A DNA stretch of 64,000 bases from Alphaproteobacteria bacterium (GCA_964291215.2 OZ219791.1:1152001-1216000), one strand, 5' to 3'; shown: positions 1 through 11,281, numbered from the stretch's first letter. Numbers and translations: made by a program. The notes: generated by a model not told the origin, from the sequence alone.

Positions 1-150
1 CATGACCATTGACTTTGGCGTCCTGAAGAACGCGGACACCGCAGGCTCCGATCTTGAGGCATGTTGCTCCGGTTGCGGATCGGCTTCGAATATCGGCCTC
101 GAGTCCCTGACAAGCGCTGAGCCCGGTTTGGTTTGGGGCTAGGGATTTTC
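1..150 (-). pseudogene. Group II intron reverse transcriptase fragment (runs off window edge)
   Basis: Minus strand ~58-97 reads PIFEADPQPEQHA, like the EPIFEADLQPEQYAYR motif of intron RTs; surroundings frameshifted. Confidence 0.4.
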
Positions 151-399
151 GGGTCGAGTGATACCGGAACAGCCCTGTGCTTGGAAGGAAACCGTGGGCT
201 AAGGTGTCAGGCAGGTTATTCAGGCGGAAGCTGATGCTGCTACCGGCTCTGCTTGAGATGTTAGCTTTCGCCATTCATTCGGGAGAGGAGGGAGAACCAT
301 GGTAGTTGCCGGCACGCACGAGACCATCCCCGTCGAGGAGATAGAGCCTGATCATTCCACCCCCCCCCCCCCCCCCCGAATCCGCGAGTTTTCCAGGAT

Positions 400-694
400 C
401 GCGAACCTTACGTCCCACATCCTCGCCATCATGCGACGCAGATTGCCCGATGACTGGACCAAGCGCTACAACATCACGTCGATCTTCATCGAAACCTTCG
501 TCCAGACACCGCGCTACACTAGGGCCGTCTACAAGCCGTCAGGGTGGATCCGTGTCGGAACCACCAGGGGACGAGGGCGCTACGATACGCACAACAAACA
601 CGACAAGCCAAAAAAACACTTGGCTGGGGCCACTGCGCAGGGACTGAAAACGCACCCTCAACCGGTGACAATTACTGCGTGACCGAACGCTTGC
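400..694 (+). pseudogene. DUF4338-domain gene 3' remnant with IS66-like right end
   Basis: NLTSHILAIMRRRLPDDWTKRY..FIETFV..VYKPSGWIRVGTTRGRGRYD matches the DUF4338 C-terminus; ends GACCGAACGCTTGC, resembling a GTAAGCGTTC-type IS66 end read in reverse. Confidence 0.55.
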
Positions 695-754
695 GGCGTT
701 ATGGGAGCTGTCCGCCCCCGCGCCATGACCCCTTCCTTCTCCTGGAGCTTGCAA

Positions 755-2050
755 ATGAGCACGACAGACGATCACAAAGTTGCAGACCTTTCGCTCGCCG
801 AGTGGGGTCGGAAGGAGATTTCAATCGCCGAAACCGAGATGCCCGGCCTCATGACCCTCCGCGAGGAGTTCGGCGGTGCCAGGCCGCTCGCGGGTGCGCG
901 GATCGCGGGCTGCCTGCATATGACCATTCAGACGGCCGTCCTCATCGAGACCCTTACCTCGCTCGGCGCGACCGTGCGCTGGAGTTCCTGCAACATCTTC
1001 TCGACCCAGGATCATGCCGCCGCCGCGGTCGCCGCTGCCGGCGTTCCGGTCTTCGCCTGGAAGGGCGAGACCGAGGAGGAGTTCTGGTGGTGTATAGAGC
1101 AAACCGTACGCGGCCCCGATGGCTGGGTGCCCAACTTGGTGCTCGACGACGGCGGCGACCTCACGAAGCTCATGCACGAGAAGTATCCCGAACTTCTCGG
1201 CGACATCAGGGGTCTGTCGGAGGAGACCACAACCGGCGTGCACCGGCTCTATGAAATGGAGAAGAGCGGCGAGCTTCTGGTTCCCGCCATCAACGTCAAC
1301 GATTCCGTCACCAAGTCGAAGTTCGACAATCTGTACGGATGCCGCGAAAGCCTCGTCGATGGCATCAAGCGCGCCACCGACGTCATGGTTGCCGGCAAGA
1401 TCGCCGTCGTCGCGGGATACGGTGATGTCGGCAAGGGCTCGGCCGCCAGCCTGCGCAACCAGGGCGCGCGCGTCATGGTGACCGAGATCGACCCCATCTG
1501 CGCGCTCCAGGCCGCCATGGAAGGCTATGAGGTGGTGACCATGGACAGCGCCGCCGCCATTGGCGACATCTTCGTCACGGCTACCGGGAACATCGAAGTC
1601 ATCACCATCGATCACATGCGCCAGATGAAGGATCGCGCGATAGTCTGCAACATCGGCCACTTCGACAGCGAGATCCAGATCGACGCGCTGCGCAATCTAA
1701 AGTGGGAAAACGTCAAGCCGCAGGTCGACGAGGTCGTGTTCCCGGACGGCAAACGGCTGCTTGTTCTTGCTGAAGGGCGCCTCGTCAATCTCGGCTGCGC
1801 GACTGGCCATCCGAGCTTCGTCATGAGCGCATCCTTTACCAACCAGGTGCTGGCTCAGATCGAGCTCTGGGAGCGCAGCGGCAACTACGGCCGGAAGGTG
1901 TACGTGCTGCCCAAGCATCTCGACGAGAAGGTTGCGGCGCTGCATCTTGGAAAACTCGGCGCCGACCTCACGAAGCTGAGCGAGAAACAGGCCGCCTATC
2001 TCGGTCTTGAAGCGGCGGGGCCGTTCAAGCCCGACTATTACAGATACTGA
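755..2050 (+). CDS. ahcY: S-adenosylhomocysteine hydrolase (short form, 431 aa)
   Basis: [51 protein letters not shown] motifs; GGAG RBS at 744. Confidence 0.98.
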   Translation: MSTTDDHKVADLSLAEWGRKEISIAETEMPGLMTLREEFGGARPLAGARIAGCLHMTIQTAVLIETLTSLGATVRWSSCNIFSTQDHAAAAVAAAGVPVFAWKGETEEEFWWCIEQTVRGPDGWVPNLVLDDGGDLTKLMHEKYPELLGDIRGLSEETTTGVHRLYEMEKSGELLVPAINVNDSVTKSKFDNLYGCRESLVDGIKRATDVMVAGKIAVVAGYGDVGKGSAASLRNQGARVMVTEIDPICALQAAMEGYEVVTMDSAAAIGDIFVTATGNIEVITIDHMRQMKDRAIVCNIGHFDSEIQIDALRNLKWENVKPQVDEVVFPDGKRLLVLAEGRLVNLGCATGHPSFVMSASFTNQVLAQIELWERSGNYGRKVYVLPKHLDEKVAALHLGKLGADLTKLSEKQAAYLGLEAAGPFKPDYYRY

Positions 2051-2072
2051 ACCTGCGGTTGCGGCCGGGCGG

Positions 2073-2540
2073 ATGATGGCGGCGGACATCGAGCGCATCG
2101 AGCTCGACGGCCCCGGCGCCACGGAGGCGCTGGCATCCGGTTTCGCCCCCAGCCTGCGTCCCGGGAATGTGCTCGCACTCACCGGAGATCTCGGCAGCGG
2201 TAAGACCGTGTTCGCGCGCGGGTTGATCCGCGCAGTCGCGACGGCCTCCGGCACCGAGGTCGGCGAGGTTCCGAGCCCGACTTACACGCTGGTCCAGCCC
2301 TACGAGTTTCCGGGCTTTACGGTCTGGCACTTCGATCTCTATCGGATCGCGTCCGTTGACGACGTCTGGGAGCTCGCCATCGAGGACGCCTTTGCCGACG
2401 GGGTTTCGGTGATCGAATGGGCCGAGAGGATCGATGAAATCCTGCCTCCGACAAGCGTGCGTATCCGTCTCGAGGCGGGGAGTCGCGCGGATGTGCGCAT
2501 CGCGCACATCCGCGACGGGCGCCGCGGAAACGGTGCGTGA
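2073..2540 (+). CDS. tsaE: tRNA threonylcarbamoyladenosine biosynthesis ATPase
   Basis: GDLGSGKT, VPSPTYTLVQPY, HFDLYR, IEWAER. Confidence 0.95.
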   Translation: MMAADIERIELDGPGATEALASGFAPSLRPGNVLALTGDLGSGKTVFARGLIRAVATASGTEVGEVPSPTYTLVQPYEFPGFTVWHFDLYRIASVDDVWELAIEDAFADGVSVIEWAERIDEILPPTSVRIRLEAGSRADVRIAHIRDGRRGNGA

Positions 2541-3538
2541 CAGCGCTCGAGGCCTTCCTCGCCGGCGCCGGCTGGGCCGGAGCGGAGCGCGTGCCCCTGG
2601 CCGAGGACGCCTCGTTCCGGCGTTACCATCGGGTCCGGCTCGGTGAACGCCGTGCAGTCTGCATGGAGGCTGATCCCGATCGCGAGAACGTTCCGGTGTT
2701 CCTTGATGTCGCGCGCCTGCTTTGCGACCTCGGGCTGAGCGCCCCCCGGATCCTCGCCGCCGATGCCGACGCCGGGTTTGCGCTTCTTGAGGATCTCGGC
2801 GACCGGACCTTCTCGCGCCTGCTCGACGCCGGTGCCGATCCCGAAGGTCTCTATGCGCTTGCGACCGACCTGCTGATCGGTCTCCATCGCCGGTTCGACC
2901 CGGCTGTGGTGGCGTGCGCACCGGGCCCCTACAGCGAGCGCCTGTTCCTCGAAGAAGCCGAACTTTTGGTCCACTGGTACTTGCCGGCGGCGACCGGAGA
3001 GCGGGTCGATGGCGCGGCCGCGCGGGACTATTCCGACATCTGGCGCGGGCTCCTCGCCCGCGCGCGCGGCGTCCCCGAGACGCTGGTGCTGCGCGACTTC
3101 CATGTCGACAACCTGATGGAACTCGAAGGCCGCGGCGGTGTCGCGCGCTGCGGGCTCCTCGATTTTCAGGACGCGGTCATCGGACCGGCGAGCTACGACT
3201 TCGTATCCCTCGTCGAGGACGCCCGACGCGATGTCGACCCCAGCATTGCCGCGGCGATGCGGCGGAGGTATCTCGACGCCTTTCCCCGGCTCGACGAAGA
3301 AGAATTCGACAGATCGTGCCTGATTCTCGGCGCTCAGCGCCACTGCAAGGTCCTCGGCATCTTTACTCGCCTTCGCGACCGCGACGGCAAATCCGGATAT
3401 CTCGTCCATGCGCCGAGGCTGTGGCGGCTCCTGGAGACGGCGCTGGCGGATCCGGCGCTCGGTGCGCTCCGCGATTGGCTCGATGACCGGATCCCCCGCG
3501 ACCGCAGGGCTGCGCTGCCGGCGCGCGAGGCGGAATGA
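2537..3538 (+). CDS. amgK: Aminoglycoside phosphotransferase family, AmgK-like MurNAc/GlcNAc kinase
   Basis: DASFRRY, LLEDLGD, RDFHVDNLM, LDFQDA, QRHCKVLGIF; position between tsaE and murU. Confidence 0.85.
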   Translation: MTALEAFLAGAGWAGAERVPLAEDASFRRYHRVRLGERRAVCMEADPDRENVPVFLDVARLLCDLGLSAPRILAADADAGFALLEDLGDRTFSRLLDAGADPEGLYALATDLLIGLHRRFDPAVVACAPGPYSERLFLEEAELLVHWYLPAATGERVDGAAARDYSDIWRGLLARARGVPETLVLRDFHVDNLMELEGRGGVARCGLLDFQDAVIGPASYDFVSLVEDARRDVDPSIAAAMRRRYLDAFPRLDEEEFDRSCLILGAQRHCKVLGIFTRLRDRDGKSGYLVHAPRLWRLLETALADPALGALRDWLDDRIPRDRRAALPAREAE

Positions 3539-4263
3539 TGGCCCCGGTGCCCGCCCGCGCCATGGTGCTCGCCGCCGGCCGCGGGATTCGCATGCGCCCA
3601 TTGACCGATCGCGTGCCGAAACCGCTGATCGAGGTCGGAGGCATGACCATGCTCGAGCGGGTTCTCGATCATCTCGCTGCCGCCGGTGTCGAAACCGCAG
3701 TGGTTAATATCCACTGGCTTGCCGATCAGGTGGAGGAGCGGCTGGCCGCGCGTCGAGTGCCGCGCATCGTGATATCGCGCGAAGCAGACCTGCTCGAGAC
3801 TGGCGGCGGCGTCGTCAATGCGCTCCCGGACCTCGGTGCCGGTGCGTTCTTCGTTGCCAATGCCGACATCGTCTGGACCGACGGCCCGGCGCCGGCGCTC
3901 GGACGATTGGCCACGGCTTGGAACGATGCGGCGATGGACGCCCTTCTCCTCGTGTATCCGGTTGCCGGCGCTGTCGGTTATAACGGCGCTGGGGATTTCC
4001 ATATGGACGCGTCGGGGCGGCTCGCTGCGCGCGGCACGGCCGCGCCTCTGGTCTTTACCGGGGTGCAGATCCTGCACCCGCGGCTGTTTGCGGATGCGCC
4101 CGGACGGGTGTTCTCGCTCAACGTCATTTATCGCCGGGCCGCCGCGGCTGGGCGCCTGTTCGGGCTCGTCCATGATGGCGCGTGGTATCATGTCGGGACG
4201 CCGTCGGCGTTCGCCGCGGCCCGCGCCGCGTTCAACAGGCAGGGGGAAGCGTCACCCGGATGA
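3535..4263 (+). CDS. murU: Nucleotidyltransferase, MurU-like
   Basis: AMVLAAGRGIRMRPLT..PKPL, LETGGG, WYHVGTP. Confidence 0.85.
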   Translation: MMAPVPARAMVLAAGRGIRMRPLTDRVPKPLIEVGGMTMLERVLDHLAAAGVETAVVNIHWLADQVEERLAARRVPRIVISREADLLETGGGVVNALPDLGAGAFFVANADIVWTDGPAPALGRLATAWNDAAMDALLLVYPVAGAVGYNGAGDFHMDASGRLAARGTAAPLVFTGVQILHPRLFADAPGRVFSLNVIYRRAAAAGRLFGLVHDGAWYHVGTPSAFAAARAAFNRQGEASPG

Positions 4264-7235
4264 TCGCACCAGGACAGCACTCGGTATTCACCATTACGGG
4301 CGGCGCGGACTTCCTGCACCGGCTGGTGCGCGGCATTCTGGAGCGTCACGGGACCGATCCAGATGTCCTTGCCGGCATCCGCATCCTGCTGCCCAACCGG
4401 CGCGCCTGCGCCGCCCTCGGCCACGCCTTCCTGCGCGAGCTGTCAGGCAGGCCCACGCTGCTGCCGGAGATCTCTCCGATCGGCGAGATCGACGACAGTG
4501 ATTTCCTTCGTGAGGAGGATCCCGCCCCCGGCGGGCCGGCGGAGCTTCCGCCGGCAATCTCGCCGCTGCGGCGGCGGCTCCTGCTCGCCCGGATGGTCAT
4601 GGCGCGCGACCACGGCCTTCGCCCGGCTCATGCGCTCCGGCTTGCCGATGGGCTTGCCCGCCTGATCAACGAGGCGCAGACCGAGAGGCTGGACTTTTCT
4701 GCGCTCGCGGATCTGGTGCCGGAGGAACTCGCCGAGCACTGGCAGGACACGCTTCGGTTCCTCAAGATCGTCACCGAAAACTGGCCTCGGATCCTCGCCG
4801 ATCGCGGATGCATGGATCCCGTTGACCGCCGCAACCGGCTGACTGCGGCCCGCGTTGCCGAATGGCGGGAGCGTCCGCTCCGCAGCCCGGTGATCGCTGC
4901 GGGATCTACCGGGACAATACCGGCGACCGCCGATCTGCTCGCCTGCGTCGCCGCCATGGAGGGCGGCGCGGTGGTGCTTCCGGGCCTTGACCGGACGCTC
5001 GATTCCGCGAGCGTCGAGGCGCTGGGACCGGCGCACCCGCAGTTCGGCATGACCCGTCTGGTGCGCGAACGGCTGGAGCTCGAAATCGCCGACATCCCGG
5101 ACTGGTGCGAAGGCCAGCCCGGGCCGGAGCGCCGTCATGCGCTCATCGGCGCCGCGCTCCGGCCACCGGCGACCGCTGCCGGCGCCTTCCTTCCCGATGC
5201 CGCCGCGGAGACCCTTGCCGGAGTGCGGCGGATCTCCTGTCCCGGCCTCCAGCAGGAGGCGCGCGTCATCGCCCTGATGATGCGCGAGGCCCTCGAGATT
5301 CCCGACCGGACGGCCGCTCTGATCACGCCCGACCGCGGGCTTGCGCGGCGCGTTGCCGCCGAACTCGGCCGATGGCGCATCGAGATTGACGATTCGGGCG
5401 GCGCGCCGCTTGCAGCGACGTTCCCCGGCGCCTTTCTCAGGGTCACGGCGGAAGCCGTGGCCTCCGACGCCGCGCCGGTGCCGCTGCTGGCCGCGCTCAA
5501 GCATCCGCTCGCGGCGGCGGGGAACGATCCGGCCAGGTTCCGGCGCCATGTGCGCCTCATCGAACGCACGGTGCTGCGCGGCCCGCGCCCGGAGCCAGGA
5601 TTCGCCGGCCTCGGTCGCGCGATCTCGGAGTCTCCGGCTATCGGCGGTGACGGGCTTCGGTCCGAGCTTGCCGCGCTGGTGGACCGCCTCGGCGCCATGG
5701 CGGAACCGTTCGCCGCGGCGCTGTCGGCGCCGGAGGCAGCGGCCGGGGACCTGCTCGAAGCCCATGTCGGGTTCGTCGAGGCGCTGGCGGCAACCGACCG
5801 GCAGAGCGGGGCCGAGCGCCTGTGGGCGCAGCCGGCGGGCGAGCAGGCGTCGCTGCTGGTTGCCGAGCTCCGCGCGGCAGCGGCCGATTTTCCGGCGATG
5901 GCGGGTGCCGAGTGGCCGGCGGTGCTCGATTCGGCGATCGATCGCACGGTCGTCCGCTTGCCCTACGGCCTGCATCCCCGGCTCAATATCTGGGGGCTTC
6001 TGGAGGCGCGCCTCCAGCACGCCGACCTTGTGATCATGGGCGGGCTCAACGAGGGCGACTGGCCGCCGGGTCCGGCACCGGATCCATGGATGAGCCGGCC
6101 GATGCGCGCCGATTTCGGGTTGCAGCCGCCGGAGCGCCATATCGGCCTCACCGCGCACGACTTCGTGCAGGGATTCTGCGCGCGCGAGGTCGTGCTCACC
6201 CGGTCGACGCGCGTCGACGGCTCGCCGACCGTCCCGGCGCGCTGGCTGGCGCGCCTCGAGACGCTCCTGTCTTCGACGGAAGCGGGGTCCTCGATTCTCG
6301 ATGGTTGGCAGGCCGAAGAAGGGAAATGGCTGCGCTGGCAGGCCGACCTCGACGGCCGTCTGCCGCGCGACGCGAGACCGGCGCCGGCGCCCCGCCCGCC
6401 GGTGGCCGCGCGCCCGGACCGCCTCTCGGTCACCGAGATCGAAACCCTCATACGGGACCCCTACGCGGTTTATGCCAGGCACGTTCTTGGGCTCCGCGCC
6501 CTCGATCCTCTCGATGCGGCGCCGGGCGCCGCCGACCGTGGCACCATCGTTCATGCCGCGATCGAGCGTTTCCTGAGAACCGCTGCAGAGGCGCCGCCGG
6601 AAGATCCGCTGGCGCTCCTGATCGAGATCGGCCGGGAGGAGTTCGAGGAATTCCTCGATCGGCCCGCGGTGCGGGCGTTCTGGTGGCCGCGCTTCGGGCG
6701 CATTGCCGCCTGGATAGTCGAACAGGAGCGCGAACGGGCGCCGCTGATTGCCGCCAGCCATGTCGAGCTCAAGGGCGAGATGACGATCCCCCGGGGCGCG
6801 GGCCCCTTCCTGCTTACCGGCCGCGCTGACCGCATTGATACGTTCACCGGCGGTGACTACGCGATCATCGACTACAAGACAGGCGCCGTGCCGTCGAAGC
6901 GCGACGTGAATTCCGGGCTTGCCCCGCAGCTGCCGCTCGAGGCGGCAATGATCTCGGACGGCGCCTTCGCTGGCATCCCGGCCGGCGAGGTTTCCGAACT
7001 GTCCTATTGGAGGCTGTCGGGCGGCGACCCGGCCGGCGAGATTCGCGACGCCGGGGACGATCCCCGGGTGCTCGCCCAAGTGGCGTACGACGGACTCCGA
7101 ACACTCCTCGAACGCTATGACGATCCCGGGGTCCCCTACCGCGCGCAGCCCGATCCCGATCTTGCGCCCCGGCGCTCGGACTACGAGCATCTTGAACGGG
7201 TGCAGGAATGGTCGGCTTCGGGAGAGGCGGAATGA
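4260..7235 (+). CDS. addB: Double-strand break repair protein AddB
   Basis: LPNRRA, AAGSTG, WGLLEARLQ, LSVTEIETLIRDPY, GRADRID..IIDYKTG nuclease motif. Confidence 0.95.
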   Translation: MIAPGQHSVFTITGGADFLHRLVRGILERHGTDPDVLAGIRILLPNRRACAALGHAFLRELSGRPTLLPEISPIGEIDDSDFLREEDPAPGGPAELPPAISPLRRRLLLARMVMARDHGLRPAHALRLADGLARLINEAQTERLDFSALADLVPEELAEHWQDTLRFLKIVTENWPRILADRGCMDPVDRRNRLTAARVAEWRERPLRSPVIAAGSTGTIPATADLLACVAAMEGGAVVLPGLDRTLDSASVEALGPAHPQFGMTRLVRERLELEIADIPDWCEGQPGPERRHALIGAALRPPATAAGAFLPDAAAETLAGVRRISCPGLQQEARVIALMMREALEIPDRTAALITPDRGLARRVAAELGRWRIEIDDSGGAPLAATFPGAFLRVTAEAVASDAAPVPLLAALKHPLAAAGNDPARFRRHVRLIERTVLRGPRPEPGFAGLGRAISESPAIGGDGLRSELAALVDRLGAMAEPFAAALSAPEAAAGDLLEAHVGFVEALAATDRQSGAERLWAQPAGEQASLLVAELRAAAADFPAMAGAEWPAVLDSAIDRTVVRLPYGLHPRLNIWGLLEARLQHADLVIMGGLNEGDWPPGPAPDPWMSRPMRADFGLQPPERHIGLTAHDFVQGFCAREVVLTRSTRVDGSPTVPARWLARLETLLSSTEAGSSILDGWQAEEGKWLRWQADLDGRLPRDARPAPAPRPPVAARPDRLSVTEIETLIRDPYAVYARHVLGLRALDPLDAAPGAADRGTIVHAAIERFLRTAAEAPPEDPLALLIEIGREEFEEFLDRPAVRAFWWPRFGRIAAWIVEQERERAPLIAASHVELKGEMTIPRGAGPFLLTGRADRIDTFTGGDYAIIDYKTGAVPSKRDVNSGLAPQLPLEAAMISDGAFAGIPAGEVSELSYWRLSGGDPAGEIRDAGDDPRVLAQVAYDGLRTLLERYDDPGVPYRAQPDPDLAPRRSDYEHLERVQEWSASGEAE

Positions 7236-10200
7236 CCGGCACGGCGTCGGCGGGCGCGGTGCCGTATGCGAACCAGGCCACTGCGGCGCGGCCCGAAGCC
7301 AGCGTCTGGGTCTCCGCGTCGGCCGGGTCCGGCAAGACAAAGGTCCTGGCCGATCGCGTCCTGCGCCTCTTGCTCGCCGGCACGCGGCCGGAACGAATTC
7401 TCTGCCTCACCTTCACACGCGCCGCCGCCGCGGAGATGCACAACCGCATCCGCCTCCTGCTGGGGCAGTGGGCGGTGGAGGATGACGGCGCGCTGTTGGA
7501 GAACCTGCGCGGCCTGACAGGCGCGGTGCCGGACGAGCGGATGATGGCGCGCGCGCGGGGGCTGTTCGCCGATGTGCTCGACGCCCCGGGCGGCCTCGGC
7601 ATCCTCACCATACACGCGTTCTGCCAGTCACTTCTCGGCCGCTTTCCGCTCGAGGCCGGGATCGCGCCTCATTTCGAGGTCATGGACGAACGCGCGACGG
7701 CCGACGCGCTGGCGGCGGCCCGGGACAGCGTGCTGAGCCTGGCCCATGGCGACGGCGGCGACGATCTGTTCGCGGCTGCCGAGACCGTGACCGCGCTGGT
7801 CGGCGAGGAAGAGTTCATCCAGCTCCTCGGTCAGATCACGGCGGCCCGGAGCCGCATACGGCGGATGATCGATCGCCGCGGCGGCGTCGCGGCCACGGCC
7901 GCATGGCTGCGCACGGCGATGGAGATTCCTCACGGCGAGACGGTCGCCTCCACGATAGCCGCCTTCCACGGCCGCGTCGGGGAGCGCACGGCGGCCCTTG
8001 GCGGGGCCGCCAAGGCGCTGGCCGGCGGCAGCAGGAGCGACAGCGAACGAGCGGCCAGAATTTTCGCCTGGTTGGAGACACCCGAGCCGTCGGAATCCGC
8101 CTTCGACGACTATGCCGGAGCCTTCCTCACCAATGCCGGTACGGTGCGCGCGCGGCTTGCGACCAGGCCGGTCTGCGATGCGATGCCGGAGATCGAGGAC
8201 ATTCTGGTCGCGGAAGCGCTTGCTGTGCTCGATGTCGTCGAACGCCGCTGCGCGATCCGCACTGCGGATGCCACCGGGGCGATTCTCGTCATCGCCGGCG
8301 CCGTGCTCGGGCATTACGAGCGGCACAAGGACCGCCAGGCGCTTCTCGATTACGACGACCTGATACTGAAGACACGCGGACTCGTCGACGAGGCCGCGCC
8401 CTGGGTGCTGTTCAAGCTCGACGGCGGGATCGATCATGTCCTGATAGACGAGGCACAGGACAGCAACGCCGACCAGTGGGAGATCGTGCGCGCGCTCACC
8501 GACGAGTTCTTCGCCGGTTCCGCGGCGCGCGAGGCGCGGCGCACGGTGTTTGCCGTCGGCGACGAGAAGCAGTCGATCTTCGGGTTCCAGGGGGCGGCGC
8601 CGGACGAGTTCGCGCGCATGAAGGGGTATTTTGAAGTGCGCGTCACCGCGGCCCGGCTGCAGTGGGAAGCGGTGCCGCTCGACAAGTCGTTCCGCTCCAC
8701 CCCTGCCGTGCTCCGCGCGGTCGATACCGTCTTCGCCGCCGATGACGTGCGTGAAGGGGTCTCGATCGGTCCCGTGAGCCACAGCTCCAATCGCGAGTTG
8801 CAAGCCGGGCTCGTCGAGGTCTGGCCCCCTGTCATGCCGGCTAGGCGCGACGAGAGGCCGCCGTGGCAGTTCGCCGCCGGAACGGATGCAGAAGAGGCAC
8901 CGCCGGCGGAACGCCTGGCGCTGGCGATCGCCGACCGGGTTTCATCCTGGATCCGGGACGGCGAGATCCTCTCAAGCACCGGACGGGCGATCCGCGCGGG
9001 TGACATCATGGTCCTGATCCGGCGCCGGACCGTGATCGTCGACTATCTTTCCCGGGCGCTCAAGGCCGCCGGCGTCGAGGTCGCCGGTGCCGACCGCATG
9101 GTGGTTGCCGACCAGCTTGCGGTGCAGGATCTGATGGCGCTGGCGGCATTTGCGCTGCTGCCTGAGGACGACCTGAATCTGGCGGCCGTGCTCAAGGGGC
9201 CGCTGATCGGATTCGGCGAGGAACAGCTCTTCGAGGCATGCCATGGCCGCGAGAGGATGCCGTTGTGGCGCGCGCTTCGCGAGCGTGCGGGCTCGGATGC
9301 TACCGCGCGGCGCGCGGTCGAGCTCCTGGAGGATGTCCGCGGGCGCGCCGACGCGACCCCGCCCTTCGAGTTCTTCGCCCATGTTCTCGGACCCCTCGAG
9401 GGACGGGCGCGCATCGTCGCGCGGCTTGGAGAGCAGGCCAACGATCCCGTCGACGAGATGCTCGCTATGGCGCTTGCCTACGAGTGGGCGCATCCGCAGT
9501 CGCTGCAGGGATTCCTGCACTGGTTCTGGCAGGGCCAGGCCGAGATCAAGCGCGACATGGACCGGGGCATTCGCGACGAGGTCCGGATTCTCACCGTGCA
9601 CGGCGCCAAGGGGCTCGAGGCGCCGATCGTGTTTCTTGCCGACACGATGCAGACGCCTCAGCCGGGGCGCGGGCTGCTGTGGGGGACGGACGATGATGGT
9701 GGCGACCTGATGCTCTGGCCTCCGCGCGCCGCCGACCGGCCGGAACTGGCTCGCCGGTTTGCGGACGACGCGGCCCGGCGTCAGGACGAGGAGTATCGGC
9801 GGCTCCTCTATGTCGCGATGACGCGGGCGGAAGATCGCCTCTATGTTTGCGGTTACGGCACCCGCAAGAGCCCGCCGGAAAACTGCTGGTACCGGCTGGT
9901 TTTTTCCGGTCTCGAAGGCACGGCGGCGCCGTTCGAATTCGATTGCCGGGGTGGCAGCGCGGGCGATTTGGGCTGGTCGGAGACCGGGATGAGATTGTCC
10001 AATCCGCAGTCTGAGCCTCCGGACCGGGGCGGCGTGGAGGCGCCGCCGGCGGCCGGCGACGAGCCGCTGCCCGAATGGGCAGACGAGGACGCGCCACAGG
10101 AACCCGCGCCGCCGCGCCCGTTGGCGCCGTCGCGCCCGGACGGCGACGAACCCGCGGCCCGGTCTCCGACGGGCGGCGACGGCGGCGCGATGTTCCGGCG

Positions 10201-10681
10201 CGGGCTGCTGATCCACCGCCTGCTGCAGTTGCTTCCCGATCTCGAGGCGGGCGCGCGGCGCGGCGCGGCGCGGCGTTTTCTGGACAGTCCGGCACACGGT
10301 CTCGATGATGACCAGATCGCGGAACTCCTCGAAGAGATCTTTCGCGTTCTCGACAAACCCGAATACGCGTCCGTCTTCGGGCCGGGGTCGCGGCCCGAGG
10401 TTCCCGTGGTCGGGGTGGTTGGCGACACTGCGATTTCGGGCCGGATCGACCGGCTGGTCGTCGAGCCGGACCGGGTCCGCATCCTTGATTTCAAGACCAA
10501 CCGCCCGCCGCCCGTGCGGCCTGGGGACGTGCCGCGGGGCTACGTCCGCCAGATGGCTGCGTACCGGGCCCTGATCTCGGACGTATATCCGGGCCGCGAG
10601 ATCGAGTGCAGCCTGCTCTGGACTGATGGCCCGCGCCTGATGACGCTTGCGTCCGACATGCTTGATGCGGCCGCACCTTGA
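7232..10681 (+). CDS. addA: Double-strand break repair helicase-nuclease AddA
   Basis: ASAGSGKT, TIHAFC, IDEAQD, VGDEKQSIFGFQGA, TVHGAKGLE, YVAMTRA, GRIDRL..DFKT. Confidence 0.97.
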   Translation: MTGTASAGAVPYANQATAARPEASVWVSASAGSGKTKVLADRVLRLLLAGTRPERILCLTFTRAAAAEMHNRIRLLLGQWAVEDDGALLENLRGLTGAVPDERMMARARGLFADVLDAPGGLGILTIHAFCQSLLGRFPLEAGIAPHFEVMDERATADALAAARDSVLSLAHGDGGDDLFAAAETVTALVGEEEFIQLLGQITAARSRIRRMIDRRGGVAATAAWLRTAMEIPHGETVASTIAAFHGRVGERTAALGGAAKALAGGSRSDSERAARIFAWLETPEPSESAFDDYAGAFLTNAGTVRARLATRPVCDAMPEIEDILVAEALAVLDVVERRCAIRTADATGAILVIAGAVLGHYERHKDRQALLDYDDLILKTRGLVDEAAPWVLFKLDGGIDHVLIDEAQDSNADQWEIVRALTDEFFAGSAAREARRTVFAVGDEKQSIFGFQGAAPDEFARMKGYFEVRVTAARLQWEAVPLDKSFRSTPAVLRAVDTVFAADDVREGVSIGPVSHSSNRELQAGLVEVWPPVMPARRDERPPWQFAAGTDAEEAPPAERLALAIADRVSSWIRDGEILSSTGRAIRAGDIMVLIRRRTVIVDYLSRALKAAGVEVAGADRMVVADQLAVQDLMALAAFALLPEDDLNLAAVLKGPLIGFGEEQLFEACHGRERMPLWRALRERAGSDATARRAVELLEDVRGRADATPPFEFFAHVLGPLEGRARIVARLGEQANDPVDEMLAMALAYEWAHPQSLQGFLHWFWQGQAEIKRDMDRGIRDEVRILTVHGAKGLEAPIVFLADTMQTPQPGRGLLWGTDDDGGDLMLWPPRAADRPELARRFADDAARRQDEEYRRLLYVAMTRAEDRLYVCGYGTRKSPPENCWYRLVFSGLEGTAAPFEFDCRGGSAGDLGWSETGMRLSNPQSEPPDRGGVEAPPAAGDEPLPEWADEDAPQEPAPPRPLAPSRPDGDEPAARSPTGGDGGAMFRRGLLIHRLLQLLPDLEAGARRGAARRFLDSPAHGLDDDQIAELLEEIFRVLDKPEYASVFGPGSRPEVPVVGVVGDTAISGRIDRLVVEPDRVRILDFKTNRPPPVRPGDVPRGYVRQMAAYRALISDVYPGREIECSLLWTDGPRLMTLASDMLDAAAP

Positions 10682-10706
10682 CCCGCGCCGAGGGAGATTC
10701 TAGTTT
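10678..10706 (+). promoter_or_regulatory. Putative sigma70 promoter of trxA
   Basis: TTGACC-17 bp-TAGTTT, 70 bp upstream of the trxA ATG. Confidence 0.5.
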
Positions 10707-10776
10707 GCGGATGTCCGCGAACGGCGGATGAACCATTCAGGCCGCAGTCATTGCGGCCCCGCACGAAGGGGCGAAC

Positions 10777-11097
10777 ATGGCGAGCAAATCCGTTTCCGAC
10801 GACTCATTCGAAAACGAGGTACTTGGCGCAGACGGCGCAGTTCTGGTCGATTTCTGGGCCGAGTGGTGCGGTCCCTGCAAGCAGATCGGACCGTCCCTTG
10901 AGGAGATTTCGGAGGAGATGGCGGACAAGATCACCGTCGTGAAGGTAAATATCGACGACAATCCGATGACCCCCTCGAAATACGGCGTCAGGGGCATTCC
11001 GACCCTGATGCTGTTCAAGGACGGAGGCCTGGCGGCAACCAAGGTCGGCGCATTGCCCAAGGGCAAGATCGTCGAGTGGATCCAGTCTTCGATCTGA
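10777..11097 (+). CDS. trxA: Thioredoxin
   Basis: [17 protein letters not shown]. Confidence 0.98.
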   Translation: MASKSVSDDSFENEVLGADGAVLVDFWAEWCGPCKQIGPSLEEISEEMADKITVVKVNIDDNPMTPSKYGVRGIPTLMLFKDGGLAATKVGALPKGKIVEWIQSSI

Positions 11098-11281
11098 CCG
11101 CCCCGCATGGCGGGCCGGTCTCGGCACCGGCCGGTTTCCGAGTCCTGCCGGCAGACAACGCAACGGAAACGGAGCGGCCTTCCTGCTTCCGGCGGTGAGG
11201 GTTGCCACGATGCCCGGCGAATGGCCGGTTGGCGGGCGGGCACGCGCCACCGCTTCCCCTGAATCTGCTGCAGGAGCCGCC

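Noticed and set aside
400-694. Druantia defence system (DruA/DUF4338)
   Set aside because: Only a frameshifted fragment with an IS-like end; no other dru genes.
695-754. SAH riboswitch upstream of ahcY
   Set aside because: No recognisable consensus in the short leader; an Rfam scan would be decisive.
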